A DNA stretch of 64,000 bases from an uncultured Gemmatimonadales bacterium (GCA_963708135.1 OY970192.1:2880001-2944000); one strand, 5' to 3'; counted from the stretch's first letter, positions 23,215 to 34,134 are shown. Notes: a model not told the origin generated them from the letters alone. A program made the numbers and translations.

Positions 23215-24399
23215 TCAGCCCTCCTTCCGGGCGTCCGCGCCGCGATGCACGGCGGCGCCCCACGGCGCCCGGCGAGACGACGGCGCGCCGCCGCGCCCGG
23301 CGCGTGGCGGCGCGCCCCCCGCCCCGTCCTCCCCGCCGCCGGCATACGTCCAGGTGTCCGCGGGCGTGCGGGCGGAGCGCTCGCCCTCGTTGACCGTGAG
23401 GAAGCGAAGCGCCAGGCTGCCGGCCAGCGTCAGGCCCGCCGCGGCGAGCCCGAAGCCGCGCGCCCGCGCCGCCGGCTCTCCGCTCCCGGGCTCCCGCTCC
23501 ATCCGATCCGCCCGGCCGGCGGCCCATGCCTCGAGGCCCGCCAGCGCGACGGGCGCGAGCATGCCGGCCGCGAGCATGGCGAGCTCGGCCAGGCGCCGGG
23601 GCTTCGACGCCTGCGCGTGCGAGGGCAGGCGCGCCGCCACCCGGCGGTCGGCCAGGTGGAGGCCGGTCTCTGCGGCGGCGGCCACGGCGTGGGCGCGGGC
23701 CAGGCGGCGGACGGTGCGTGGCGCCGGGTCGTCCGCCAGGTAGAGCGCGGCGGTCACGGCGGCCAGCCCGCTGGACACCGCGGACGCCGCGAAGAGCGGG
23801 CTCAGCACGCCCGTGCGCGCGGCCCAGCTCGGCGTGGAGGTGGAGGAGAGCAGCACGCCGGTGTAGCTGCCCACGAAGAGCGCGGCCGGGAGCCCGGCCA
23901 GGTGCACGAGCCGGCCGAGCTGTCCGCGCGAGAGCCGGGCAAGGGCGGGGCGCTCGCCGAGCAGCCCGTCCTCCGCGCCCTGCAGCGCCGCGGCCATCCC
24001 GGAGTACGCACCGAACGTGGAGAGTCCCCACGCGCCCAGGCTCATCGCGGAGCGGGCCCGGAACACCCGCAGCATGTTGAGGAACCGCTCGGGGCGGCCC
24101 AGGTCCGCGATCAGGAGTCCCGTCCCGCCGGCGACGGAGGCGAGCGTGAGATACCGCCCCGCGCGCACCACGTCGCGGTCGTCCTCGCCCGCCAGATCTT
24201 CGGCGGTGGCGGCCAGCCACGCCCCGGCGGCGATGCCGCCGAGCCAGAAGTAGGTCGGGATGTAGGTGGCCTCGAAGGGCGCCGGCTTCACCGGCGGGAT
24301 GCCGTGGTAATCGCGGTGCGCGCCGTCCGCCAGCGGACCCTCGGTGGCCGGGTCGGTGACCTGCGCGTCGAGCGGTGCGCGCGGCGTCGCCTGCTTCAT
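23215..24399 (-). CDS. nrfD: NrfD/PsrC-family membrane anchor subunit
   Basis: YFWLGGIAAG, LIADLGRPERFLNMLR, SAMSLGAW, YTGVLL.ST..PSW; ATGA overlap with the beta subunit. Confidence 0.9.
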   Translation of the reverse strand: MKQATPRAPLDAQVTDPATEGPLADGAHRDYHGIPPVKPAPFEATYIPTYFWLGGIAAGAWLAATAEDLAGEDDRDVVRAGRYLTLASVAGGTGLLIADLGRPERFLNMLRVFRARSAMSLGAWGLSTFGAYSGMAAALQGAEDGLLGERPALARLSRGQLGRLVHLAGLPAALFVGSYTGVLLSSTSTPSWAARTGVLSPLFAASAVSSGLAAVTAALYLADDPAPRTVRRLARAHAVAAAAETGLHLADRRVAARLPSHAQASKPRRLAELAMLAAGMLAPVALAGLEAWAAGRADRMEREPGSGEPAARARGFGLAAAGLTLAGSLALRFLTVNEGERSARTPADTWTYAGGGEDGAGGAPPRAGRGGAPSSRRAPWGAAVHRGADARKEG

Positions 24400-25577
24400 C
24401 CGTCCCTCCCCGAGTGGAAGGCGAGCATCGTGGTGGCGGTGAGCGCCGCGGCGGTGAGCAGGCCGGTCAGAAGCCCCTTCGGCGTGTGGCCGGACGGCCG
24501 CCTGGCGACCGGCGGCAGGTTGTAGACCTCGGGGCGGTCGACGAGCAGGAAGAAGCAGTTCAGGCCGCCCAGCTCCGAGGTGTCGCAGTGGTCCTCGAGC
24601 ACCTCGCCCGAGCCGTAGAGGTAGGCCGGGATGCCGCGCGCGCGAAGCTCCGCCACCCGCTCCCGCGCCCGCTCCAGCAGCTCGTCCACGGGGCCGAAGC
24701 GGATCGATTCCGTGGGGCACGCCTTGGCGCACGCGGGCTCGAGCCCGTCCTTCAGCCGGTCGTAGCAGAGCGTGCACTTGTGGGCCTTGCCGTCGCCCCG
24801 CTTGTCGACCTCGACCACGCCGAACGGACACGCCGACTGGCAGTAGCCGCAGCCGTTGCAGACGTCCTGCTGCACGTAGACGCTGTCGAACTCGGTGCGG
24901 ATGATGGAGCCGGTCGGGCACGCCTCCAGGCAGGGCGCGTTGACGCAATGCTTGCAGACATCCGACATGAGCAGCCACCGCGACGCCGGGTCCGCCCACT
25001 GCTCGCTCCCCGTGAAGTTGCCCCATGGCTCGAACTCGGCGGGAAGGTTCGCGCGGAGCGCCTCGACGGATTGGTTGCTGGCTGGAGCGCTCCGGCGGGT
25101 GGGCGCCCCTCCGCGGCGAGCAACGTCCTCGCGGCTGCGCCGCTCCGGTCGTCGAATCGCCGCTCCGGGGCGCCCGCCCGCCTCCGCTCCCGCCGCTCCC
25201 GCACCGTCGAACCGACCGGGCTCCATCTGCTCGATGAAGCGCACGTGTCGCCAGGTCGTCGCGGAGAAGCTCTTCGTGTTGTCGTAGGACAGGCCGGTGA
25301 GCTGCTGTGGCTCCGCCGGCAGCTGGTTCCATTGCTTGCACGCCACCTCGCACGCCTTGCAGCCGATGCAGATGGTCGTGTCCGTGAAGAAGCCGTACGC
25401 GCGCCCCGGCGTGATCCGTGTCCCCGCCGTGAGCTCCGCCTGCTGCGTGCCAGGTCCGGCCCCCCCCGGGGCCGAGGTCACCACGGTCGCGGCCGAAGCT
25501 GCCGCGCCCCTCACGCGCCGCTCCGTGACCCCCGGCTGCCGCCTCTCCCGCGCGATGAAGTCCTCGATCGGATTCAT
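24396..25577 (-). CDS. fdnH: Formate dehydrogenase iron-sulfur (beta) subunit
   Basis: CIGCKACEVACKQWN, CKHC..APCLEACP, CNGCGYCQSACP, KCTLCYDR..PACAKACP; C-terminal TM helix. Confidence 0.93.
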   Translation of the reverse strand: MNPIEDFIARERRQPGVTERRVRGAAASAATVVTSAPGGAGPGTQQAELTAGTRITPGRAYGFFTDTTICIGCKACEVACKQWNQLPAEPQQLTGLSYDNTKSFSATTWRHVRFIEQMEPGRFDGAGAAGAEAGGRPGAAIRRPERRSREDVARRGGAPTRRSAPASNQSVEALRANLPAEFEPWGNFTGSEQWADPASRWLLMSDVCKHCVNAPCLEACPTGSIIRTEFDSVYVQQDVCNGCGYCQSACPFGVVEVDKRGDGKAHKCTLCYDRLKDGLEPACAKACPTESIRFGPVDELLERARERVAELRARGIPAYLYGSGEVLEDHCDTSELGGLNCFFLLVDRPEVYNLPPVARRPSGHTPKGLLTGLLTAAALTATTMLAFHSGRDG

Positions 25578-28500
25578 GCCTCCCCCTCCCCCTCCCCTGC
25601 CCCGCCCCCGGCGCCGGTCCCGGCGGGACCCGGCTCGCCCGCCCGCCCTCGCAGCTTCGTCAACCTGCGGCCACGCTCCATCCGGCCCGTCTCCGCCTGG
25701 ATCCGCTCCATCTCCCCGCCCCCCCCGGAGCCCCGCACGCCTTGCGCTTGCACTTGCGCTTGCGCCCCCGCCAGGTGCCCCTCGCCGTGCCGCCCCGGCA
25801 GCAGATCGCACGTCGACACCTTGCCCTCATGGATTGTGACGTTCGGCTCGCCCACGATCGGCGTGACATCGTTGGCGCTGCCGCCCGTGGCCAGCCCCTC
25901 GTAGCCGAAGTGCCAGGGGAAGCCGACCTGGTGGATGCGCTTGCCGCCGACCTCGAGCGGCCGCAGCCGGCGCGTGACCAGCGCCCGCGCCTGGGCCCGG
26001 CCGCGGGCCGTCACCACCGTGACCCAGGCGCCCGGCTCGATTCCCTTCTCCGCGGCCAGCTCCTCGCTGATCTCGACGAACGCCGCCGGCTGGAGCTCCG
26101 CGAGCCAGCTGTTCCAGCGCGTCATGCCGCCGCCGGTATGGTGCTCCGTCAGGCGGTAGGTGGTCAGCACGTACGGGTAGTCGGGGTTGGCGATGCCGTG
26201 GTAGGGGTTCCCCTCGACCGGCCAGGTCTTGGTCATCGGGTTCCGCTCCTGGCGCGCGTAGATCGCGTTGTGGACGGGGCTCTCCCACGGCTCGTAGTGG
26301 GTGGGGATCGGCGCGTCCTTCATGCCGTAGGGGAAGAACAGGTAGGCCTTGCCGTGCGGCTTTAGCACGAACGGCGCGTCGCCGGCCAGCGCCTGCACGC
26401 CGCCCTTCGACCGGTCCTCCTCTGCCGTGGGCGGCTTGGACTTCGCGAAGTCCGGGTGGTCCTTGCCGACCCACTCCCCCTTCTCCTCGTCCCACCACAC
26501 GTACTTCTTCCGCTCCGACCACGGCCGGCCCTGCGGGTCCGCCGAGCAGCGGTTGTAGAGCATGCGCGTGTTGGCCGGCCAGGCGAATCCCCAGTTGGGC
26601 GCCACGTAGCCGTCACCTGGATCGCGCGAGGCCGCGCGGTTCTCGCCCGTGTGCACGCCGGAGTAGATCCAGCAGCCGCACGCGGTCGAGCCGTCGTCCT
26701 GGAGCGACTTGTAGGTGGTGAGCTGCGCGCGCCCATCCCACTCCGGCGCCCAGTGGAAGCCGTTCACCTCGCGCAGGATATAGTCGGTGTCGGGTTCGCG
26801 GTGCTTCCCCTTCCGCGGCCAGTCCCAGGTGAGCGCCCGGAGCCCGGCGTCGCGCGGGTCCGTGGAGGAGGCGACGTCGCCCTTCAGCCGCGTCGCCAGC
26901 CGGTCCATGAACCAGGTCTCCGAGCGCGCGTCGCCCGGCGGCTCGACCGCCTTGTGGTGCCACTGGATGAGGCGCTGCGTATTGGTGAACGAGCCGTCCT
27001 TCTCCGGCACCGTGGCGGCCGGGAGCAGGAAGACCTCCGTGCCGATGTCCTCGGTGCGCATGCGCCCGGCCTTCACCTCCGGCGAATCCTTCCAGAACGT
27101 TGCGCTCTCGATGGGGAAGAAGTCGCGGACCACGAGCCACTTCAGCTTCCCGAGCGCCTCGCGCTGGAAGCCGGCGTTCGGGCCACCCACCGCCGGGTTC
27201 TGTCCCATGAGGAAGAGCCCCTCGACCTCGCCCTCGTGCATCTTGACGAACATCGGCAGGTGCGAGTGGTCGCCCGTGATGCGCGGCAGCCACACGTACC
27301 CCCAGTCGTTCTCCGCCGTGGCGCTCTCGCCATACCACGCCCTGAGCAGCGACACCATGTACTTGCGCGTGTCCGCCCACAGCCCCTCCGCGCTCGACTC
27401 GTTGGCGACGAAGCTGTCCAGCGTCTCGTGCGCCTCCGTGTCGTCCGGCATCCGGAGGTAACCCGGGAGCAGGTCGTAGAGCGTCGGGATGTCGGTCGAG
27501 CCCTGGATGGTGGCGTGCCCGCGCAGCGCCTGTATGCCGCCACCCGGCCGGCCGATGTTGCCGAGCAGCAGCTGGAGCAGCGCCGCCGTCGCGATGATCT
27601 GCGGGCCCACCGTGTGGTGCGTCCAGCCCACCGCATAGGCGACGGCGCACGTGCGCTCCCGTCCCGAGTTGGCGAGCATCGTCTCCGCGATGTCGATGAA
27701 GCGGTGGGACGGGATGCCGGTGACCTCCTCGACCTTTTCGGGGGTATAGGCCTCGAAGTGCCGCTTCAGCACCTGGAGCACGCAGCGCGGGTGCTGGAGC
27801 GTCTCATCCTTCGGCGGCGGTCCTCCCTTGCTGTGGCCCGTGCGGGGCCCGAGGCCCTGGGGCCCGGAAACCTCGCTCACATCCTCCTCGCCGCCGTCCG
27901 GCGTGGACAGCACGCGCTCCTCGCCCTCGTACTGCCAGGTGCGGAAGTCGTAGCGCTGCTCCTCCTCGTTCCAGCCGGAGAAGAGGCCGCCGTTCTCGGC
28001 CGCATCCACGAAGTCCTCGTGGACGAGGTCGGCCGCGTTCGTGTAGTGGCCGACGTACTCCCGGAAGAAGGGGTCGGTGTTCCAGCGCTCGCTGGCGAGG
28101 ACGTAGCGGATCAGACCGCCCAGGAACGCGATGTCGGAGCCCGCGCGGATCTGCGCGTACTTCGTCGCCGTGGCGGAGGTGCGCGAGAAGCGCGGGTCCA
28201 CGTGGATCACCTGCGCGCCCCGCTCCCTGGCGCGCATGACGAAGCGGTACCCGACCGGATGGCACTCCGCGAAGTTGGAGCCCATGATCAGGATGCAGTC
28301 GGTGTTCTGCAGATCCATCAGGAAGGTCGTCGCCCCGCCGCGCCCCATCGGGATCCCCAGACCGGGGACCGTGGCGCTGTGTCATATGCGGGCCTGGTTC
28401 TCGACGAAGACGACCCCGGCTCCCACGCAGAACTTCTTGATGAGGTAGTTCTCCTCGTTGTCCAGCGCCGCACCGCCGAGGAAGCCGATCGCCTCCGTGT

Positions 28501-28957
28501 TGTTGACCGTGCGGCCGCGCTCGTCCTTCAGCCGGAACGTGCGCTCGCGCGTCTCGCGGAAGCGCTCGGCGATGCGGTCCGTCGCCCACTCGAGCTCGAC
28601 CTCCTCCCACTCGGTGCCATACGGCCGCCGGTAGAGCGCCTTCGTCAGCCGCTGCGGGTTCACGGTGTACTGGAAGGTGTCCGCGCCCTTCGGGCAGAGG
28701 GTGCCGCCGTTGATCGGGCTCGCCGGGTCGCCCTCGATGTCCACGATCTGGCCGTCCTTCGTGTGCACCAGCGTGCCGCAGCCGACGGCGCAGTACGGGC
28801 ACACACTCGCCGTGGTCTCGGCGTCGCGCAGGCGGGAGTGGAGCGCGCGGGTGCGCTCGCTGACCGCGGCGTCGCCGAGGCCGGACTGCTGGATCTCGCG
28901 GGTGACCGGCCAGCGCCCGAGCGCGCGGCCGAGGACGTGGAGTGTGCGTCGCTTCAT
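25574..28957 (-). CDS. fdnG: Formate dehydrogenase alpha subunit, selenocysteine-containing, 1127 aa
   Basis: ORFs 28382..28957 and 25574..28348 are in the same frame, joined by one TGA: ENQARI-U-HSATVPGLG.MGRGG. CPYCAVGCG..LCPKG, LRGH, TYRLTEH motifs. Confidence 0.96.
28351..28370 (-). promoter_or_regulatory. Bacterial SECIS element (GGUCCCC-GGUCU-GGGGAUCC)
   Basis: Hairpin begins 11 nt 3' of the UGA and has a GU-containing apical loop like E. coli fdhF/fdnG SECIS. Confidence 0.9.
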
Positions 28958-29040
28958 GCCTCTCCCCCCGGTTCGTGAAACGCGCGGCGGGCGGCGTCCG
29001 CCCTCGAAGCGAACGCCGCCCGCCGCACCCCTTCGCCGGG

Positions 29041-29057
29041 AGCAAGAACCCCGCCAG
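29041..29057 (-). promoter_or_regulatory. Candidate sigma54 promoter of the fdh operon (CTGGCGGGGTTCTTGCT)
   Basis: TGGC..TTGCT with exact GG-N10-GC spacing, 83 nt upstream of the ATG. Confidence 0.55.
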
Positions 29058-29480
29058 CGTGGGGTCGGGCGAAGGTCCCCTCGGGGCCTTGCGGCGTGGC
29101 CGCGCCGCTGTCACGTTTGCGCCCGCCCATGCGTTTGTATCACGTCGGCAACGACCGTCCTCCGACCCGCACGTCGGTGGATGGCACGGCCGGACGGTCG
29201 TCACTGGACCGCGATACACCACCCAACCGGCCGCCCCCTTCGGCCGGCCCAATACGCTCGATCGACCGCGCCGACGACGGCGCGGCCTCATGCATTCACC
29301 GCTCGGGAGTCGCGCGGGCGGGGTCGCCGTGCACCACCGGCCGCAGCCGCGGAAGGGGAGCCGGCCACGCCCCGAGCCGCCGCCGGCAAGCATTTCGCCG
29401 GGGCGGCGGCGTGCTTCCGCGCGGAAGTCGCGGGGCCTCCGTGGGGGAGGCTCCAGGGATCCCCCCATCCAGGAGTGCAT

Positions 29481-32400
29481 ATGATCCCGAAGCTCCGCCC
29501 ATGGTGGCTCGCGGTCGTCGGCATCGTGCTGCCGGCCGCGGCACTCGCGCAGCAGCCGACCACGATCCACGGCAGGGTCGTGGACCAGACCGGCACCGGG
29601 CTGCCGGCCGTCAGCGTATACATCAAGGCGATGAACCTCGGCACGCTGACGGATGGGGACGGCCGCTACTCGCTGCTGGTGCCCGCGTCGCGGGCCACCG
29701 GGCAGGCCGTGGCGCTGACGGCGACGCGCATCGGGTTCAAGTCGCAGACGGTGAGCGTCGAGCTGTCGGGAGGGACCGTCACGCAGGACTTCGCGCTCGC
29801 CACGGATGTGCTCCAGCTGCAGGCGGTGGTCGCCACCGGCCAGGGCACGCAGACCACGCGCGAGAGACTCGCCTCGTCCGTAGCCACGGTGAAGTCCACC
29901 GACATCGTCCGCAGCAACGAGAGCAACGTCGTGGAGGCGCTCGCGGGCAAGGCGCCGGGCGTGCAGGTGACCAGCTCGGGCGGCGACCCGGGCGCAGGCT
30001 CCTACATCCAGATCCGCGGCGCCGCCTCGATCAGCGGCGGCACGCAGCCGCTCTTCGTGGTGGACGGCACCCCGATCGACAACTCGAGCGACCGGCTCGA
30101 CTCGAGCGTGGCCGGCACCGTGGTGACCAACCGCGCGGCCGACATCAACCCGAACGACATCGAGCGGGTCGAGATCCTGAAGGGCGCCGCGGCCACGGCC
30201 ATCTACGGCTCGCGCGCCGCGAACGGCGTGGTGCTGATCACGACCAAGTCGGGGGCGCCGAACACCAGCCGCGCCTCGCTGAACACCTCGTTCGGCGTGA
30301 ACCATGTGACGAACATCCCGGCGCTGAACACGGAGTACGGCCAGGGCTCGCACGGCTCCTTCAACTCCTCGTGCACGACGAGCTGCACGTCCTCCTCCTG
30401 GGGACCGCTGCTCGACGCCGGCACGCCGGTCTACGACCACGCGGGCGAGATCTATCAGGACGCTCAGATCTGGAACACGAACCTGTCGCTCTCCGGCGGC
30501 AGCGAGCGGACCGCCTATTACCTCTCCTTCGGCCGCGACGTGCAGCCCGGCATCATCAGGGGCCCGCAGGACTACAACAAGACGGAGGTCCGGCTCAAGG
30601 GCTCGCACTTCTTCCTCGATGACCTCCAGGCCACCGGCAACCTGGCCTACACCGCCAGCAGCGGCACCTTCGTCCAGCAGGGCTCCAACATCAGCGGCAT
30701 CCAGCTCGGCGCGCTGCGCACCCCGCCGGACTTCAACAACCTGCCCTACCTCGATCCGGCCACGGGGATCCAGCGGACCTACCGCGATCCGCACCCGGCC
30801 AGGCTGACGGAGTCGCACGGCTACGACAACCCGTTCTTCGTCGCCTACAAGGAGCCGACCACCTCCGACGTCGGGCGCTCCTTCGGCAACATCGGGCTGA
30901 ACTACACGCCCGCGACCTGGCTCAAGGTCAGCTACCTGCTCGGCGCCGACTACTCGAGCGATGACCGGGCCTCCATTTTCCCGAAGAGCTCCGACAACGC
31001 GCCGCAGGGCGAGATCCTGCGCTCCACCTTCATCCACAACATCTTCGACAGCAACCTGACCGCGACCGCCACCGGAAACCTGAGCTCCGGCGTCTCCGGC
31101 AGCCTCACGGTGGGGCAGAACCTCAACCAGGACATCTACCGCCGGAACGGCGTGACCGGCACGACCCTGATCACCGGCACGGAGGAGACCAACTTCGCCG
31201 TCAACAACACGGGCAACGAGTACAAGTACCGGATCCGCACCGACGGCTACTTCGCCACCGGGCAGCTCACGCTGGGAGACCAGCTGACCGTGAACGGCAC
31301 CGGCCGCTTCGACGGCTCCTCCACCTTCGGCGGCTCCGGCAAGCACTTCTTCTACCCGGGCGCCGGCGCGGCGTGGACCTTCACCCGCCTGCCGTTCTTC
31401 CAGGACAACCTCGGCTTCCTGAGCTTCGGCAAGCTGCGCACGTCCTGGGGCGTGGCGGGCCGGCAGCCACCGGTCTTCTCCAACGTGAACGCGTACACCA
31501 CCGGCAGTTTCGCCGATGGCTGGGTCAACAACGGGCTCTTCAGCCTCTACAACGGGCAGGAGGGCGTCTTCAGCCAGGGCACGCTCGGCAACCCCGACAT
31601 CAAGCCCGAGCGGCAGACCAGCTGGGAGGCCGGCGCGGACCTGGCCTTCTTCAACCAGAAGCTCGCCGCGTCCGTCACCTACTACCACAACAGCACGACC
31701 GACGCGATCCTGCGCGTGCCCGTGCCGCCCAGCACCGGCTACTTCTCGCAGTACCAGAACGCGGCCGCGTGGAACAACCACGGCTGGGAGGCGCAGGTCA
31801 ACTTCCAGGCCGTGCAGAAGAAGAACTTCTCGTGGAGCGTCGGGGCGCAGTGGTCCATGACGCGCAGCTGCGTGACGGACCTGAAGGGCGCGCAGTCAAT
31901 CGGGCTGAACGGCTTCGGCGGCGGCGAGATGCAGGCCGCGCTCGTGGCCCCCGACACCGTCAACGGCGCCATCAAGTGCCACCCGTTCGGCGTGCTGTAC
32001 AGCGAGGACATGGTCCGCTTCGGCCGCGGGCTCCACGACGCCGACGGCAACAGCATCGACCAGCTCTTCCCGAACGCGCCGGCCGGCGCCATGTACGTCG
32101 CCACCGACGGCTACCCGGTGCTCGATCCGACCAACCGCGTGCAGGGCGACCCCACACCGGACTGGCTCGGCAGCATCCGCAGCACGATCACGCTCTATCA
32201 CAAGCTCACCGTCTCCGGCCTGCTCGACATCAAGCACGGCGGGCTCATGTGGAACGGCACGCGCGGCGCGCTCAGCTACTTCGGCGCCGCCGGCTGGACC
32301 GTTCCCTACCATGGCGCGGGCGTGACGCAGACGTTCGGCCAGTTCATCGGCCAGCCGGCCGCGGGCCCGGGCGTGGACAAGCAGGTCGTCTTCGACCAGA

Positions 32401-32705
32401 ACTGGTTCCAGAACAACGTGGGCAGCGGCTTCACCGGCGGCGACGCGCTCTACGTCGAGAACGCCGGCTTCGTGAAGCTGCGCGACATCTCCGTGACGTA
32501 CACGCTGAACGGCGGCTTCCTGGGTCGGCTCGGGCTCACCAGCGTGGACCTGACCGCGAGCGGGCGCAACCTGAAGACCTGGACGAAGTACACCGGAATC
32601 GACCCGGAGTCGAACCTCACGGGGCAGAGCATCGGCCGCGGGCTCGACTACTTCAACAACCCCCAGACGCGCTCGTTCATCTTCACGGTCGGCCTGAACC
32701 GCTGA
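29481..32705 (+). CDS. susC: SusC/RagA family TonB-dependent outer membrane transporter
   Basis: AGGAG RBS; QIRG..SI....QPLFVVDG; DINPNDIE.VEILKGAAATAIYGSRAANGVVLITTK; GNPDIKPE; YTGIDPE. Confidence 0.96.
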   Translation: MIPKLRPWWLAVVGIVLPAAALAQQPTTIHGRVVDQTGTGLPAVSVYIKAMNLGTLTDGDGRYSLLVPASRATGQAVALTATRIGFKSQTVSVELSGGTVTQDFALATDVLQLQAVVATGQGTQTTRERLASSVATVKSTDIVRSNESNVVEALAGKAPGVQVTSSGGDPGAGSYIQIRGAASISGGTQPLFVVDGTPIDNSSDRLDSSVAGTVVTNRAADINPNDIERVEILKGAAATAIYGSRAANGVVLITTKSGAPNTSRASLNTSFGVNHVTNIPALNTEYGQGSHGSFNSSCTTSCTSSSWGPLLDAGTPVYDHAGEIYQDAQIWNTNLSLSGGSERTAYYLSFGRDVQPGIIRGPQDYNKTEVRLKGSHFFLDDLQATGNLAYTASSGTFVQQGSNISGIQLGALRTPPDFNNLPYLDPATGIQRTYRDPHPARLTESHGYDNPFFVAYKEPTTSDVGRSFGNIGLNYTPATWLKVSYLLGADYSSDDRASIFPKSSDNAPQGEILRSTFIHNIFDSNLTATATGNLSSGVSGSLTVGQNLNQDIYRRNGVTGTTLITGTEETNFAVNNTGNEYKYRIRTDGYFATGQLTLGDQLTVNGTGRFDGSSTFGGSGKHFFYPGAGAAWTFTRLPFFQDNLGFLSFGKLRTSWGVAGRQPPVFSNVNAYTTGSFADGWVNNGLFSLYNGQEGVFSQGTLGNPDIKPERQTSWEAGADLAFFNQKLAASVTYYHNSTTDAILRVPVPPSTGYFSQYQNAAAWNNHGWEAQVNFQAVQKKNFSWSVGAQWSMTRSCVTDLKGAQSIGLNGFGGGEMQAALVAPDTVNGAIKCHPFGVLYSEDMVRFGRGLHDADGNSIDQLFPNAPAGAMYVATDGYPVLDPTNRVQGDPTPDWLGSIRSTITLYHKLTVSGLLDIKHGGLMWNGTRGALSYFGAAGWTVPYHGAGVTQTFGQFIGQPAAGPGVDKQVVFDQNWFQNNVGSGFTGGDALYVENAGFVKLRDISVTYTLNGGFLGRLGLTSVDLTASGRNLKTWTKYTGIDPESNLTGQSIGRGLDYFNNPQTRSFIFTVGLNR

Positions 32706-32719
32706 ACGGCAAAGGAGCC

Positions 32720-34126
32720 ATGAACATGCATAGACTCTCGTGGAGCCGCGGCCTCCTGGCCGCCGCCCTCATCGCCCCGATGCTCTCGGCGTGCAACTAC
32801 GTGGAGGCCACCGGGACGAACCCGAACGCCGTGCCGGACGCGAGCGTCAACCAGCTCTTCGTCTCGGCGCAGCTCAACACCTTCTTCATGACCGAGGGGC
32901 AGCTCAGCCGGCTGCCCTCCATGTGGACCCAGCAGATGGCCGGCACAGACCGGCAGTTCACCGTCCTCGGCGAGTACATCTTCAGCGAGGGCGATGCGAA
33001 CGGCGAGTTCAGCTCCATGTACACGGGCGGCGGCCTCGTCGACCTGAAGACGGCCGAACAGGCGGCCGAGGGCGCCAACCGCAGCGCGTACGCGGGCATC
33101 CTCAAGATCCAGGAAGCCTACATGATCGGGATGGGCGCCAGCATCTGGGGCGACATTCCCTACTCGGAGGCCGCCGACCCCTCCATCGCCACGCCCAAGC
33201 TGGACAAGCAGGAGGACGTCTACGCCGCGCTCCAGACGCTGCTCGACGGCGCCATCACCGATCTCGCCGGCGGCGGCGCTGGACCGTCCACCGTGGACAT
33301 GAACTTCGGCGGCGACGCCGCCAAGTGGACGGCGGTGGCGCACACGCTGAAGGCCCGCCTCTACATGCACTGGGTCGAGGCGCAGAAGGCCGGCGTGGCG
33401 GCCGCCTCGACGGCGTGCGGCGGGGACTGCCTCCAGCAGGCGGCCTCGAACGCGCAGCAGGGCATCATGAGCGCGTCCGGGAACTGGATGACCGTCCACT
33501 CGCAGGCGCAGACGGAGGCGAACCTGTGGTACCAGTTCCAGAACGACCGCTCCGGCTACATCTCGGCCGGCGCGTACATGGTCAACCTGCTGAAGGACCG
33601 CGGCGATCCACGCCTCGCGATCTACTTCGGCAAGTCCACGAGCGGGGACTACGTGGGCGCCGACCCGGGGCAGGCCACGGGCGACGTTTCCACGCTCAGC
33701 ACGGACGGCGCCGGCGCCCCGGCCTATCAGGAGCCGATGGTCAGCTGCGCCGAGAACCAGTTCATCCTCGCGGAGGCCTCCTACGACAACGGCGACATGG
33801 GCACGGCGCGCTCGGCGCTCAAGGCCGGCATCGCCTGCCAGGAGGCGCACTTCGGGATCACCATCCCGGATGACAACGCGGACGCGCTCAGCGGCGCGGA
33901 CCTGCTCCAGGAGATCATGACGCAGAAGTACATCGCCCAGTTCCTGAACCCCGACGTCTGGAACGACTACAAGCGGACCTGCCTGCCAGCGGTCCAGAGC
34001 TACGGCGGCAAGACGATCCCCGGCCGCCTCTACTACGGCGAGACGGAGCGCCAGACCAATCCCAACATCCCGTCGGCGGACGCACAGCCGGCGCGGAACA
34101 CGAACGACCCGGCCTCCTGCCAGTAG
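32720..34126 (+). CDS. susD: SusD/RagB family lipoprotein
   Basis: Lipobox LSAC; WGDIPYSEA..PKLDKQEDVY; DPRL; IMTQKYIA; directly after susC. Confidence 0.94.
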   Translation: MNMHRLSWSRGLLAAALIAPMLSACNYVEATGTNPNAVPDASVNQLFVSAQLNTFFMTEGQLSRLPSMWTQQMAGTDRQFTVLGEYIFSEGDANGEFSSMYTGGGLVDLKTAEQAAEGANRSAYAGILKIQEAYMIGMGASIWGDIPYSEAADPSIATPKLDKQEDVYAALQTLLDGAITDLAGGGAGPSTVDMNFGGDAAKWTAVAHTLKARLYMHWVEAQKAGVAAASTACGGDCLQQAASNAQQGIMSASGNWMTVHSQAQTEANLWYQFQNDRSGYISAGAYMVNLLKDRGDPRLAIYFGKSTSGDYVGADPGQATGDVSTLSTDGAGAPAYQEPMVSCAENQFILAEASYDNGDMGTARSALKAGIACQEAHFGITIPDDNADALSGADLLQEIMTQKYIAQFLNPDVWNDYKRTCLPAVQSYGGKTIPGRLYYGETERQTNPNIPSADAQPARNTNDPASCQ

Positions 34127-34134
34127 GACGCTGA

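Noticed and set aside
28382..28957. Separate 191-aa gene or nonsense-mutated fdh pseudogene
   Set aside because: The TGA is at the Sec position and is followed by a SECIS
28900..28957. Tat signal on the FDH alpha subunit (KRR)
   Set aside because: No RRxFLK consensus and no hydrophobic region
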